A stretch of 62,066 nt of DNA, filler included, from Hausera hauseri (taxonomy: Eukaryota): the NCBI GenBank assembly GCA_046269625.1. It is 12 parts of 12 records of this genome, joined end to end, with 100 filler letters (N's around TTAATTAATTAA, not from the genome) between each part and the next. Parts side by side here need not be neighbours in the genome. Positions count along the whole stretch, not along the records: positions 42,740 to 48,523 come from JBJURY010190083.1; positions 48,624 to 53,401 come from JBJURY010438916.1; positions 53,502 to 62,066 come from JBJURY010597666.1; 9 more parts are not named here. One strand, 5' to 3'. Below the pieces are notes generated by a model. It was not told the DNA's origin and ran no database searches. It saw only the letters and a program-made list of their open reading frames with translations. Below, piece by piece: positions 48,421-60,350 of this stretch; position 1 is the first letter of the stretch, and each line of letters opens with the position of its first letter. The translations under genes and the position numbers were made by a program.

Positions 48421-49293
48421 TATAGTAGGAGGAAAATGGTGGTTCTGGCCTACCCCCGGGGGCGGGGGAATAATCGATAAATCGATTTTGCATTTGCGCC
48501 GATTGATAGTGCACACTGTGCACNNNNNNNNNNNNNNNNNNNNNNNNNNNNNNNNNNNNNNNNNNNNTTAATTAATTAANNNNNNNNNNNNNNNNNNNNN
48601 NNNNNNNNNNNNNNNNNNNNNNNAAGTCTTCGAACAGTGTGTTCATCAGTCGCTGAAAAGTTCCAGGGGCCGTTGAAAGGCCAAATGGTACTCGGTTGAA
48701 GCAATATTGTTGTGATTTCGTGCATGTGAGGAGGAATTTAAACGAATATTGATGTTTGAATTTAATTCAAAGTCAATTAAATAAATAGCCAATAGAAAGT
48801 CGAGAAATTCCAAAAAGGATGAAAACAAGACTCATTTAATGAGTGAATGATCTAATTGTTATATCAACTATTATAATAAATATCTTATGGATAATTCAAC
48901 TTTTCAATCATCAAGTGATGTAGAAGTCGGGACGGTAGAGACGCGATCTACTAACACTCAAACTTCTTTTCTTATCAATACAAAAAACGATAGTTTCAGT
49001 TTCGTTCTGTATTTCATCCGAAAAACGTATTCTACTTGCCAATTTTGTAGTTTTTAGTTGGTTATGGTTTCTAATTAAAGTCAATAGTTGATCAAAATAT
49101 TTACTTTTGGATTCTTCCGGTTAGCATAAATCTGTGAGAATCTGTAAAGCGGTTTCGCCCGAGTTTTAGAAATATTGTTCTCTTTCTGTCGTCCAGGAAA
49201 TTTCTCAATTGCCTTTCGTAGATCGAAAATTCCGATCTCATTGAGTCAAATTCTGAAATATTTCCAACAAAGGGCATCTTACTCTCGTCGCCA

Positions 49294-49397
49294 AATATTG
49301 AGTCTTTAACAAGAAAAAGTTAAACTATATTTCAAAAACGTAGCACAACTGAAATTCTATTAATATAAACAAATTATTTCTAAACGGAATATATTAC
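49294..49397 (+). repeat. About 100-bp direct repeat, second copy at 52983-53086
   Basis: aaagttaaactat.tttca.aaac.tagcacaac.gaaa.tctat.aatataaacaaattattt occurs in both copies. Confidence 0.8.
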
Positions 49398-49950
49398 AAA
49401 GAGCATTGTATCCCCTCATAATAAAATTCGTGAGTTCATTGAGTTCATATAGCAAGTATAATTAAGATCATCAAAAATAAGGTATTGGTTTGCATGTTTC
49501 AGAATTTATGGTATGTCTCAGTGCATCGCCTCTCCGACCAACCGATAGCAAATCAAACTCAGTAACTCAACTTTGGAATGAAATTCGCTGCTGATCTGCT
49601 AACTACTGAAGAGAACGTAGAAGAGAATTACTTTTGGCGACATCCCGGATCTTGTCTGAAATACCCCATAAACTCGCAACGGTGACATAATCAATTTGGA
49701 ATAGATCTAACAAAAGCCGCAACCCTCATGAAATGATGTACATTGTCAGTTCTTATGCCTCTGGATTTTTCATAAAAATAAATTGTTATACAAAAAATTT
49801 CTAGCGTTCAGTTCATTTTTATCCAATTTAAATCATACTAAAAAGTTCTGTTTAAAGCTTTTATTATTTTACAGACAACCCTGTGACAATTAAAATACTC
49901 CATCAGTGCAGTAATGAAATAATATCAGTTCTTGTGCACACAATTATTTG

Positions 49951-50946
49951 TCAATTTCTCGAAAAGACCTGCATAGCTTTTCGACTTTCATAGAAAGTCG
50001 TTGTTATACATTGATTATCCTGGATAACATTTTTGCAAAATAGTTTCTTCAAAAAAAGTCGAAAATGTTGAGTAGCGAGAAAATAGAATACAAATTTTAA
50101 TTCGGATGGACTTTTCAAAAAGATAAAATTTATATAGGTCAAGGTCATAGTTTGAATAGTGAATTGAATTTTCCCCAGACTTATACAGAAAAGAATACAA
50201 AATTTTGGTGTCAACACAATAATGCTATGTATGGCCAATATAGTTGTCATTTTGATTGCCCATAGATGTTTGTTTGTCATGGAGGGATTTTTCTGCTTGG
50301 GATTATTCGATATGCTGCTTCTATTCTGAAGTTTTTTCAGAAGGTATATGGCAGAACCTAAATTGATAATTAATGGAATGACTCCATAAATTATCACAAT
50401 TACAATGTTTACAGATAAATAAGTAATGACAATAGGGTAATGAAAGTTTGCTAAGAGTACTACTCTTGGATCATAAGACCATATGGCAATGTTGATGACT
50501 GCAATAATTGTAATGACTATTAGTCCATTCCACCATTTTAATGCCTTGACAAATCTGTTTGTTGGATATCGAACCATGATGAATCTGTCCAGTGAAACAG
50601 AAGCCGTGCACATTGATGCACCATAAAGACCAACACGTGTTAAAATATTTGTTACGGCATTCAATACACTGTTATCTCCTCGAATATCAGTCTGTAATAG
50701 AATCCACGGAGCATTTAACAAGACTGTGAATAGAGACACTGTAAAATCGTAAATGACTTGATTTAGTAAAAGAATTTTCGTGAATATTCGAATTGATCTA
50801 TCACTGAAGAATACAGCAAAGTTCAAAATGCTGCCGATAATTCCGATAGAACTAAATAAAACGAATGCTGTAAAAACGCCGATTGTAACTGATGTTATGC
50901 CTTCTGTTGACGGAGTATCAGTATTCGTCGAATATTGTGCAATCAC
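49951..50946 (-). CDS. Divergent class A (rhodopsin-like) GPCR, intronless over this span
   Basis: Seven hydrophobic segments, TM1 GS.LN, and SLDRFI.V.YP after TM3. There is no ATG at the ORF start, so an upstream exon is possible. Confidence 0.8.
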   Translation of the reverse strand: MIAQYSTNTDTPSTEGITSVTIGVFTAFVLFSSIGIIGSILNFAVFFSDRSIRIFTKILLLNQVIYDFTVSLFTVLLNAPWILLQTDIRGDNSVLNAVTNILTRVGLYGASMCTASVSLDRFIMVRYPTNRFVKALKWWNGLIVITIIAVINIAIWSYDPRVVLLANFHYPIVITYLSVNIVIVIIYGVIPLIINLGSAIYLLKKLQNRSSISNNPKQKNPSMTNKHLWAIKMTTILAIHSIIVLTPKFCILFCISLGKIQFTIQTMTLTYINFIFLKSPSELKFVFYFLATQHFRLFLKKLFCKNVIQDNQCITTTFYESRKAMQVFSRN

Positions 50947-53701
50947 ACTGGAAATCTAAAGTTTAAAAATGTAATAGAAGTACTCTGCAAATTTATCAAA
51001 CAATGCTTATTCGAAAATAGATGAATCACCTTTAGTAATAATTTTAGTCTTATGGGTTGTGAGAAAAGGATCTTGGTGTTGCTTTAGGTTTTCTTTCATT
51101 TCGATTTATGATTTCACCATCGAAAACCTTTTGTGCGGATACGTTTATGTATGCATTCCTTACTCGTCTACAATTCGGTATTGATCGATTATTTGCTCAT
51201 GTTGTATAAAATTGTGGTGTCAGTTTACGATTCTCCTACAATGGATTTCTACTGTGAACTTTTTTTGAAGGTTCCTGGTTTTTAATAAATTCATGTTCAA
51301 GTTGCCACATTGCACACGAACTTATAACTTTCCTGTGTCCATCAATGCAAACAATAAAATGCAACCATTGAGAATCTTTTCTAAATAAGCTTTTTGTAAC
51401 GTAACTTACAAGAGCCGTTGAACATTTCACGTTGAAAATAAATTGAAGTTAAACATCGAATGTATCAAATGATAGAATTTGTGCAGAATTTCCGAAATTT
51501 TCTCATCATCCGTAGATAAGACTAAATGTTAATCTTATGTTAATTTTGACTGGAATGACACGTTGCTACATCTTCTTCCACATTCTACGACATCTTTATA
51601 TGCTTAACAAGCCCATTTTACCAATCATCAATTTCGGTTTAACAAAAACAATAATAATTACTTACTGTGTTAATATTTTGAGTGCTTGCCATTTCTCAAA
51701 ATTTTTCACAATAAAATCTCAAAATGTTTAGCATATTTATAATTATGTCATGTATTTTATTTTCCACTCTGTTCGTTTTGAACATAATTTGCGTGAGAAA
51801 ATCGTCGACTCTTACTGTTTGAATGAAAATATTTTGGATAACTATTCGCTTCGATGAATTTTAGTTGTTTAATGAAGTCTGATAAAAAATTAATGAAGTT
51901 TGTGTAAATTAATGCTTAATTAAGAGAACATATTAGGTAATTAAAATTAAACAACGCCATTTATAAATATATTTCGATGAATTAACCATCATCGTCAGTA
52001 AAATAATGTTATAGAAACAAATTTTCCATTGCTTTTCTCTAGTAAATTTCAATGTGAAACTGTAGCAGAACGAATCCGTGAAATACTTGTAAATTAATTG
52101 TAAATTAATCATGAAACAGAAAAACGGACTTCAAAAAATCTGTCTGTTTATTAAATGTTGAAGTAAATTCTTAATACAAATAAATTATGCCGCCATACTT
52201 GGATCTGGCGGCATAATTACTGGAAAATCTTTTGATATCGTAGATGCTTATAGTGAGTTATAGAATTTTTTAGAAACACATGCATCTGGTTTTAATACAC
52301 ATTCACTGATAAATTATGGTCCAATCGTTTACTGAATGAGTCATCATGCCGGTCTACCTTTGTGACGCCCGAGGAACATTTGCTGAGAACAAAATAGAGT
52401 AATAAAATATTTAATTCTTCCATTTTTAAGAATATCAAACATGTTGGACTTTTCTGCTGATTGCATGTTTATTAGACCTTGTAAAATACATGTTCTCCAT
52501 GTGCTTTGGGAAATTCTCTTTATCATGTATTTGTGCAATATTCACAAATCGGGCATATATCAGTTAAGCGTCACACGGAGTCAATTCACGAAATCGGTAA
52601 ATTTGGCCCACAATTCTATTTTTTTAAAAACAGAATTGAAAAAGCGAAAGATCAAAGGACCAAGATAATAACAAAAACTCCGAATAAAGCAAAATATAAC
52701 AAGATGGCTGATATACAATGATCGCTGAACTCAATATTTTATGATCGACATTTTATTTCAGAAATAAATGTATTTTTGGATCAGAATTTATTGAATGTAG
52801 AAATCTTGAGAACATTTCTAAAGGAGTCGATTATTATATCTGGGTGCAATATAGTGTTTAAACGTTTTACGAATCGGTTTCTCGTAGTATTTTTGCACCC
52901 GAAAAGAGAGATTCTTATGTTGTGTGATTTATGTATTGAATATCAGAATGAGCCATTCTGCAGCAAAACATGATCAGAAAAGAGTATTGTGTCTTAACCA
53001 AGGAAAGTTAAACTATGTTTCAGAAACTTAGCACAACCGAAAATCTATGAATATAAACAAATTATTTTTAAATTGGAAATATTACAGTTGTTTCCATCTT
53101 AGTATTCAAATGCTATTTGAACATGTATGATAATATTTACCATCAAATCTAGTGTGTTTTTGGTGCATTCTCTTTGAGCCTCTGAATTCTCTACATATCA
53201 CTATATATAATCCATATTACATATGATAGTTCTAACTTGATCTATGTAGTATTTAATTACCTGGCCTTATCCAATATCCTACATTACTTAATCAAAAATA
53301 CAACACGACTTTTGAACAAGATTTATTGATAGAACAATACAACACGTAATACAAACAATACAGCAAAGCTATTTACATATTCACAATGCAGCATACCCGT
53401 GNNNNNNNNNNNNNNNNNNNNNNNNNNNNNNNNNNNNNNNNNNNNTTAATTAATTAANNNNNNNNNNNNNNNNNNNNNNNNNNNNNNNNNNNNNNNNNNN
53501 NATATTTTGAATTACAGCAATATTTACAAACACTGTTAGGGCAGTGAGAAGTTGATCTTGGCTTTGCAAGGACGACATTTGAAAGTACAAGGCATCGTTG
53601 TCTGCGTAATGTATATCAAGAATAAAAATGTGTTCAGGGTGGTCGTAATCAATTGTGATGGTGTTTTGATGTGGGCGTACTTTTAAGGTGATTTTCATAG
53701 T

Positions 53702-55753
53702 TTATTTTAATATAAAGGTTGTGGTTTCCGTGTGCGTCAGGGCCTTGGGTTGGTAGTCATCTACATTGGTGAGGAGGGCATAAGTTTGAGCCAGTTTTTC
53801 TGGTGTCAGGGCTGTTGAAATAAGACGAGTAGATAAGGTACGAAGGCAAGGTATGCAACAGCAGCCGCAAACAACTAATATAGCAAGACAAACTCCTACA
53901 GCAATGATTAAAGACATGACAATACCCTTCCATTGTCCAAAAACTCTATTAAACCAATTTGATATTGGGTCGGACACACCTGATGCATCTTGCATTTCTG
54001 TAGATAGGTCTTTGATGCCCTGTAAGGCTTTGGACACTTTACCATCGGGTGCTGTGTTATTGGGTATGAATGTACAACATTCGTCACCAATCATGTGACA
54101 GACGCCTCCTTGTTCAGCTAAAAGCATGTCTAATGCAATCCTATTTTGTACGGCCATTTTGGACGTGGGGCGAAGTTGGTCAGCAAGGCCTTCTATGGCG
54201 TCGCGAGTTAAATTGGTCAGGCGTAGGACATTGTAATGGACAAAATTTATTCTAGCTACGTTTTTGTTTACTGTTACGTAGGGAATTAGGGATTCAAAAC
54301 CTGCTAATATGGGGTTAGCTAATTTATATTCATCAGGCACACCTCTAGGGACGCCAATAGCATCTATGTAAGTTGGTGAAGCTTCTGGGTCAAAATCTGT
54401 AGATCTTCGTTTTCTAGTGAGTGTGGTTGCGACAGAAGTATGTCCTAATAAGGTGAGGGGTGCAGCGAGACGAACTAAAGCACAGAGTTCTACGGTTTGG
54501 GTAGGGATTTTTACAGATAGTCTTTGGCCGCCACAATAGTAATATAAACCTGCTCTGGCCCAGGAACCGATAGTCTGGTTGTATTCATTCGTGGTAGTTA
54601 CCTGGATTGTGGTGTTACACCAGTCGTGGTTTATTTCTCCATAACTTTGAATTGGACTAGTTGTAGTAAAATTAAAACAGTGATATCCGCCTATGATTTT
54701 GCGGGGTTTAAATGATCCGGGGTGTGTTCTGTTATGAATGGGTGGATAGATGTCAGTTAGGGTTGTACAGTTTGATACAGTGTATTGTCTGGTTAGGTTT
54801 AACATGCAATTGTATCCCCATGTATCATCTGGGAACAGTGGAGCTGGTTGAGTAATTAGTTTGGGTCTAGCTGCGGCGCAGGCAACGCAATTGCTGAGTT
54901 GAGCCTCCCTAGCCGCCTCCACCAACCATGAGAGCCATAAATTGTCGTCTTCATGGCCAGTCGCTCTTTCTATTAACTGTTCAGGTTTAAGCTTAGTGTA
55001 ATCTACCGATACTACTGGAATATGGTCTTCCTAAAGACTTTCAGTCTTAAAAGTTGAGGAGTTAGACACCTTGGATGGTTTAGGCTGAGGAGGGGGAATA
55101 AATCTAATTGTGATAAATCCCTTTGGATCTGTGCCCGTTACGTGAGCTTGGATTAAGAAAACATAGAAATTTGATTTTGTTCGTGAGACAAAATATTTTG
55201 GCGGACCAGATAACTTACTCAGTGATAGAGTGATTGGATTTTTTACTGGGTCGTAATCTCTTTGAAACCTAACCTTGTCCCACCATGCCTTTGTGTCTTT
55301 AGTCAAACCAGAACGTGGGGGTGTCCAAAGTCCTGTGTATGCAGTAGCTGTGGACCAGGAACAGATTGGTTCACGAGTTCCTGGATACTGCAGTCCTGTT
55401 TGATGAGCAAACCTACGCATCCGAGTCGTGTGGTCAGCAAAACCATCTGCGTTCATTGAAATATCAAGACACAAATACAGATCAGCACTTCGATACCATA
55501 GATCATGGCCACCACAATTAATTACATTACACAGATCGAACTGAAATGCAGTGGTTGAGTTGATTTCATAGTCAAGGATCAATTTTGTGTAGGCAGATGC
55601 TGGAATACTCCTTCTGGTGACCTTTGTCTGCGTGCAGGGTCCTTCATTTGGAAACATGCAGAAATATTCACACAGAAAAACAATAAAAGTAACTAAAAGA
55701 GTTATGGCCCCGAATATCAGGGCGCTTTTCCAGGGGTGTAGAAACAGATTCAT
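53702..55753 (-). CDS. env: Envelope glycoprotein interrupted by one in-frame TAG (55033-55031)
   Basis: Signal/anchor, CVAC (CXXC), furin site RKRR, ISD QNRIALDMLLAEQGGVC, CX6CC and a TM helix. The two ORFs share a frame and the gap between them is otherwise open. Confidence 0.92.
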
Positions 55754-56174
55754 TTTACTGCAGTCCTTATCAACCTTTAACTGTGTGTGTGTAATAAAAA
55801 GTTATAAGGAAAACCTGATGTATGAGTTTCTGGTGTAGTTTCAGCTCTGGGATGGCCTTGGTTTCCTCTTCGGCTCCCTCGTTGCCAGAGGTACTCTAAA
55901 CTGTACGTAGTTTAGAGTGACTGTCTGGGCGCGGTGCTCCTACGTTGTCAGACTCACCGAGTGACAGTCTGAGTTGGGTGGAATGTGTGTGTAAAAAGTC
56001 TCTATATCAGTAAGGTATGGCAGGTGTTTGTGTGTTAATGCCTTGGCAATAGTTCAGTTTGTATGTCAGGTCACCTGTCCTGACAAAATGAGGAAAGGGG
56101 TAAAGGGGACGCCGCCTCACCTGAGCTGATGCCAGTGAGTGTGCTGTCCTGGTTCTGTTAGGCTTGGACTGGAC

Positions 56175-59100
56175 CTAACAAACCGCTGCCTCAGCTGCCC
56201 GTTGGCACTGAGTGGGCCGAGGTGGGGCTGTCCCTCTGAACAGCTTACAGTGAGATGCGTGGATCCAAGTAGCTCTCTCAGCTACTTTCACTGCAGTGTG
56301 GGTTACGAGTAGCACCTGGAACGGTCCTGTCCACCTGGGAGAGTTCCACCTGGTCCTCCTGAAAGATTTAATCATAACAAAATCTCCAGGGGTTATGTCA
56401 TGGAGCTGTTTCTGTGCTGGGCCAGGAAGGCCTCCTTGGACCTGCAACCTAAGGGATTTAAGTTGGTTAGTCAAATTAATGCAATAAGCAAGCATGTTGT
56501 GATCACAAAGTTTTAAATCACTGGTGGTGGCTGGTCCCACTCCTAGATTGGGAGGAGCTGCAAAAAGAATTTCAAAAGGGCTAAGGTTATGTTTAGCTCT
56601 TCTGCGCATGCGCATATACATTAGTGCGATGGGTAAGCATGTAACCCAGTTGAGTTTTGTCTCGTCACAGATCTTTGTTAGTTTATTTTTCAGTGTTCCA
56701 TTCTCTCTCTCTACTGCCCCTCCACTCTGTGGATGATAGGCACAGTGTTTAGTGAGATCAAAGTTCAGCGTGACAGACACTTCTTGAAGTATCTGGTTTG
56801 CAAAATGTGGGCCGTTGTCACTGGAGATTCTTTGTGGAATACCCCATCGTGGTACAACTTCCTGTAACAGAAGTCTTGCAACTGTGCTGGCTGTTGCATG
56901 TTTCGTGGGGAAAGCCTCTATCCATTTAGAAAACATGTCAACCATGACCAGACAGTATTTTTTGTTTTGAACTGGTGTTAGTTCAATAAAGTCAATCATC
57001 AGATGTTGAAATGGTGCTGTGATGTTTCTATGTGCTCCAGGGGCTGTTGTTTTTATTGTTTTAGCAACATTGTGTGTGGCACAGATTAAACATGCATCAC
57101 AATGTTGGGCTGCAGTTTTTGAAAAATTTACTGTGAACCAATCAGCATTAATCTGTCTTATCATTCCTCCCTTTGACACATGATCCAAAGCATGTGTCAA
57201 CACAGCAAAGGAAGGAAAAAAATGTTTGGGTAGGCAGGGGTTACCATTTGGTCCAATCCAGATGTTGTCAGAAAAGGTGCAGCCATGTCTTTTCCATTCA
57301 GCCTTTTCACTTGCAAGGGCAAATTTCTGCATGTCTGAAATCGAGAATGAAACATCTGAGGAAGCAGGTTGGTGAGTCATTGTTAAAGTTAGTGAGTGAG
57401 GCAGGTGTGAAGCAGCTTTTGCAGCTTCGTCAGCAAGAGCATTTCCTCTTGAAACATAATCTGTGTTTGAGGTGTGTGCAGCACATTTTATGACAGCAAT
57501 CTGTGAGGGGAGTGTGATAGAGGTCAAAAGGTCAGACACCAGCTTGTGGTTAAGGATAGGCTGACCATCTGATCTAAGGAACTGTCTGTGTTTCCACAGT
57601 GCTCCAAAATCATGTACTACTCCAAAAGCGTACCTGCTGTCAGTGTAAATGTTTACTTTTTTCCCTTCTGACAGTGTGCATGCACGGGTGAGAGCAATCA
57701 GTTCACAAGCCTGAGCAGAGCATGGGGTCAAGGGTGCTGATTCTATGGTGTGTGTGAGTGTCACAACTGCATATCCGCTGTGAATCAGACCTGTGTGTGT
57801 GTCACGAGAAGAGGAGCCATCAACAAACAATTCCCAGTCTGGACTGTCCAGAGGGTGCTGTTTTAAGTCAGGACGGGGTGTACAAACAACTTCTAGTTCA
57901 GCCATACAATCATGGGGTGAGCCTTCTTCCTCATTTGGAAGTAGTGTGGCTGGATTGAGAACATTACAGCGTTGTATGGTAATGTTGGGCATGTCCAATA
58001 AGGTGGTGTGGTACTTAAGCCATCTTGCTGTAGACAGGTGAGCAGTTTTTTGCTCATTCAATATTTGTGTTACAGCATGAGGAACCAGTAGGGTTAGGTC
58101 AGAATACCCTACAATGTCACGACTCGCAAGAACTGCTTTCTCTGCAGCTGCTACAGCGCGCAAACATAATGGTAAACCAGCAGCTACAGGATCTAATTTA
58201 GCAGAAAAGTATGCAACCGGTTTCAGTCTGTCTCCATGTTTTTGGAGGAGAACAGATGTCATACAGCCACCTCGCTCATCCACAGCCTGGATAAATGGGC
58301 GTGTTGGATCTGGAATACCAAGAGTGGGGGCTTTTTGTAGTTGTTGTTTCAATGTGTTAAAGGCCTGCAGTGCCTCAGGTGACCATGTAATATGTGAGCT
58401 CATTTGAAGGCCTTTTTCATGACAAACTTTCCTCAATGGAGCCTCTAACTCAGCGTAGCTAGGAATAAAATGCCTACAGTAACCACACAGTCCTAAAAAG
58501 GACATGAGTTGTTTCTTAGTTTCGGGACGAGGCAATTTAACAATCGCTGCAACACGCGAGTCTGCTATCTCCCTTCCTTCTGCAGAGATCCTGTGGCCCA
58601 AAAATGTCACAGTGGTCTGCACAAACTGCAGTTTAGACAAAGATGCTTTATGCCCCTGTTCAGCTAAAAACTGGAGCAGACGGACAGTGTTTTCTTTACA
58701 AGATTGTTCAGAGGGTGCTGCTAACAATAAATCATCCACATATTGCAACAGTGCACAACCAGCAGGAAGTGAGAAACCAGCCAAGCTGTCATTCAGCGCT
58801 TGGTGAAAAATGGTGGGTGACTCACAATAACCTTGACAGAGACGTGTAAAAGTGTAGGATTTTCCCAGAAACTGAAAAGCAAACCAGAATTGGCTGTTGG
58901 GATGAACAGGGACGCTAAAAAAGGCGTTGGCCAAGTCTATGACGCTAAAATGAGTAGAGCCTGCAGGTATCTGTGATAAGATGACATAAGGGTTAGGTAC
59001 AATGGGTGCGCGGGCCTGGACAGCTGCATTAACTGCCCTCAGGTCCTGAACAAAGCGCCATTCATCAGGGGGGTGGGGCCTAATCTTTTTCACAGGAAAA

Positions 59101-59354
59101 ATTGGGGTCCTGACAGGGGATGATGGACAAGGGACAATTACTCCAGCTTTCAACAAAGAGTGAAACACAAGAGTAATTCCTTGTTCGGCGTCAGGTTTTA
59201 AGGGGTACTGGGGAACTTTAGGCCTGTAAGAGGACTTGGGCGTGATCTCAATTGGTTTTTGGCCCTTAATTAATCCTACATCATATTTAGTTCTTGCCCA
59301 TAGGTGTTGAGGGACGTCAGCCAATTCAGGACTGTCCAGAGACAACATGGACAT
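56175..59354 (-). CDS. pol: Pol: reverse transcriptase, RNase H and integrase, uninterrupted
   Basis: WRFVQDLR, IDLANAFF, LQYVDDLL, FVDGSS, YTDSRY, H..H/CxxC, IDF..SDNG..VER and WTGPF. Confidence 0.97.
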   Translation of the reverse strand: MSMLSLDSPELADVPQHLWARTKYDVGLIKGQKPIEITPKSSYRPKVPQYPLKPDAEQGITLVFHSLLKAGVIVPCPSSPVRTPIFPVKKIRPHPPDEWRFVQDLRAVNAAVQARAPIVPNPYVILSQIPAGSTHFSVIDLANAFFSVPVHPNSQFWFAFQFLGKSYTFTRLCQGYCESPTIFHQALNDSLAGFSLPAGCALLQYVDDLLLAAPSEQSCKENTVRLLQFLAEQGHKASLSKLQFVQTTVTFLGHRISAEGREIADSRVAAIVKLPRPETKKQLMSFLGLCGYCRHFIPSYAELEAPLRKVCHEKGLQMSSHITWSPEALQAFNTLKQQLQKAPTLGIPDPTRPFIQAVDERGGCMTSVLLQKHGDRLKPVAYFSAKLDPVAAGLPLCLRAVAAAEKAVLASRDIVGYSDLTLLVPHAVTQILNEQKTAHLSTARWLKYHTTLLDMPNITIQRCNVLNPATLLPNEEEGSPHDCMAELEVVCTPRPDLKQHPLDSPDWELFVDGSSSRDTHTGLIHSGYAVVTLTHTIESAPLTPCSAQACELIALTRACTLSEGKKVNIYTDSRYAFGVVHDFGALWKHRQFLRSDGQPILNHKLVSDLLTSITLPSQIAVIKCAAHTSNTDYVSRGNALADEAAKAASHLPHSLTLTMTHQPASSDVSFSISDMQKFALASEKAEWKRHGCTFSDNIWIGPNGNPCLPKHFFPSFAVLTHALDHVSKGGMIRQINADWFTVNFSKTAAQHCDACLICATHNVAKTIKTTAPGAHRNITAPFQHLMIDFIELTPVQNKKYCLVMVDMFSKWIEAFPTKHATASTVARLLLQEVVPRWGIPQRISSDNGPHFANQILQEVSVTLNFDLTKHCAYHPQSGGAVERENGTLKNKLTKICDETKLNWVTCLPIALMYMRMRRRAKHNLSPFEILFAAPPNLGVGPATTSDLKLCDHNMLAYCINLTNQLKSLRLQVQGGLPGPAQKQLHDITPGDFVMIKSFRRTRWNSPRWTGPFQVLLVTHTAVKVAERATWIHASHCKLFRGTAPPRPTQCQRAAEAAVC

Positions 59355-59360
59355 TGCTAA

Positions 59361-60350
59361 TCATTTGTTATTGTCAATCACTTCCTTTGTTGGGCGAGCT
59401 GTCAACATGTGACAAAAATCTTGTCTGTACATGTTGAGAGTGGGTGAGTAAAAACAATTGTCACATGGTTCCCAGTCTGAGGCAGTGTGTGCCCTGAGTG
59501 CTAAGGGACCCAGAGAACGCCACTGTGAATCAGGTGGTTTGGCCAGTGAGATGTGAGGAAAAGAGTTTGTCACTGTGAAGTAAGGTGTTTGTGGTGTCAT
59601 GTTATCATTCAAGTTCAACAAAACAAAACAACAGTCAGGTGTCCAACAAATGGAGGCAGAGGACAGCTGTGTGAATGGTGTCATTAAAAATGAATCTCCT
59701 AAGTGATCAGCTGGGTCTGAAGTTACGTGGGCTGTGCAGTGCAAACGTTGCTCAGACATAAAACAAGTGGTGGGCGGGAGTCTTTCTCTAGCTGAGTTGA
59801 GCAGAGCGTGTTGCTGAGCTGGGTCTGTCAATAACCACTCAAAAATGTACAGCAGCTCAGGGGTGAGTGAGGTCAAAGTGTGTGAGGCCTCTGTTTGTTT
59901 TGAAACAAGCAAACCCTCAGGTCCACAGTTAATGTTTAACTGGAATTTTAAAATCAAATCTCGTGCCAGTAAATTTACTGGACAGAGGTCTGATAGTAAA
60001 AATTGATGAGTGTGTGCTGATTGATTGAAAGGATCAGTTATTTTAAGAGGGATAGTTACAGCTTCAGGGACAGCTAAACCTGATGCTCCTGTTGAGTGGA
60101 CAATTTTGCCTGAGAGTGGAGCGTCAGGGAGACATTTTTTCATTATCAGGGATTGTGTTGCACCTGAGTCAACCAGAAATCTTACAGGTGTGTTCTCTAC
60201 CAACACTGTGAGCATGGGTAACTTCAGACATGCTGATTGTGTATATTTGCAGTATGTAGAAACAACTTTGCCTGTGTATGTAGGAAAAACAGCTGTGTGT
60301 GTGCTGATACTTGCGGGTTGGGGTCCAGGATCTCGGCCATCCCCGCCTAG
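59361..60350 (-). CDS. pro: Aspartic protease followed by a 2H phosphoesterase-like domain
   Basis: FLVDSGA and NLLARD, then LHCTA and PHISL (two HxT/S motifs 62 codons apart). Confidence 0.88.
   Translation of the reverse strand, partial: LGGDGRDPGPQPASISTHTAVFPTYTGKVVSTYCKYTQSACLKLPMLTVLVENTPVRFLVDSGATQSLIMKKCLPDAPLSGKIVHSTGASGLAVPEAVTIPLKITDPFNQSAHTHQFLLSDLCPVNLLARDLILKFQLNINCGPEGLLVSKQTEASHTLTSLTPELLYIFEWLLTDPAQQHALLNSARERLPPTTCFMSEQRLHCTAHVTSDPADHLGDSFLMTPFTQLSSASICWTPDCCFVLLNLNDNMTPQTPYFTVTNSFPHISLAKPPDSQWRSLGPLALRAHTASDWEPCDNCFYSPTLNMYRQDFCHMLTARPTKEVIDNNK

Noticed and set aside
51236-52973. Several 60-75 aa ORFs upstream of the GPCR
   Set aside because: No motifs; consistent with chance ORFs in AT-rich intergenic DNA.
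4519-53501. Regularly recurring TTAATTAATTAA as a biological repeat or CRISPR-like array
   Set aside because: It is always centred in exactly 100-nt N-padded blocks, so it is an artificial joiner.
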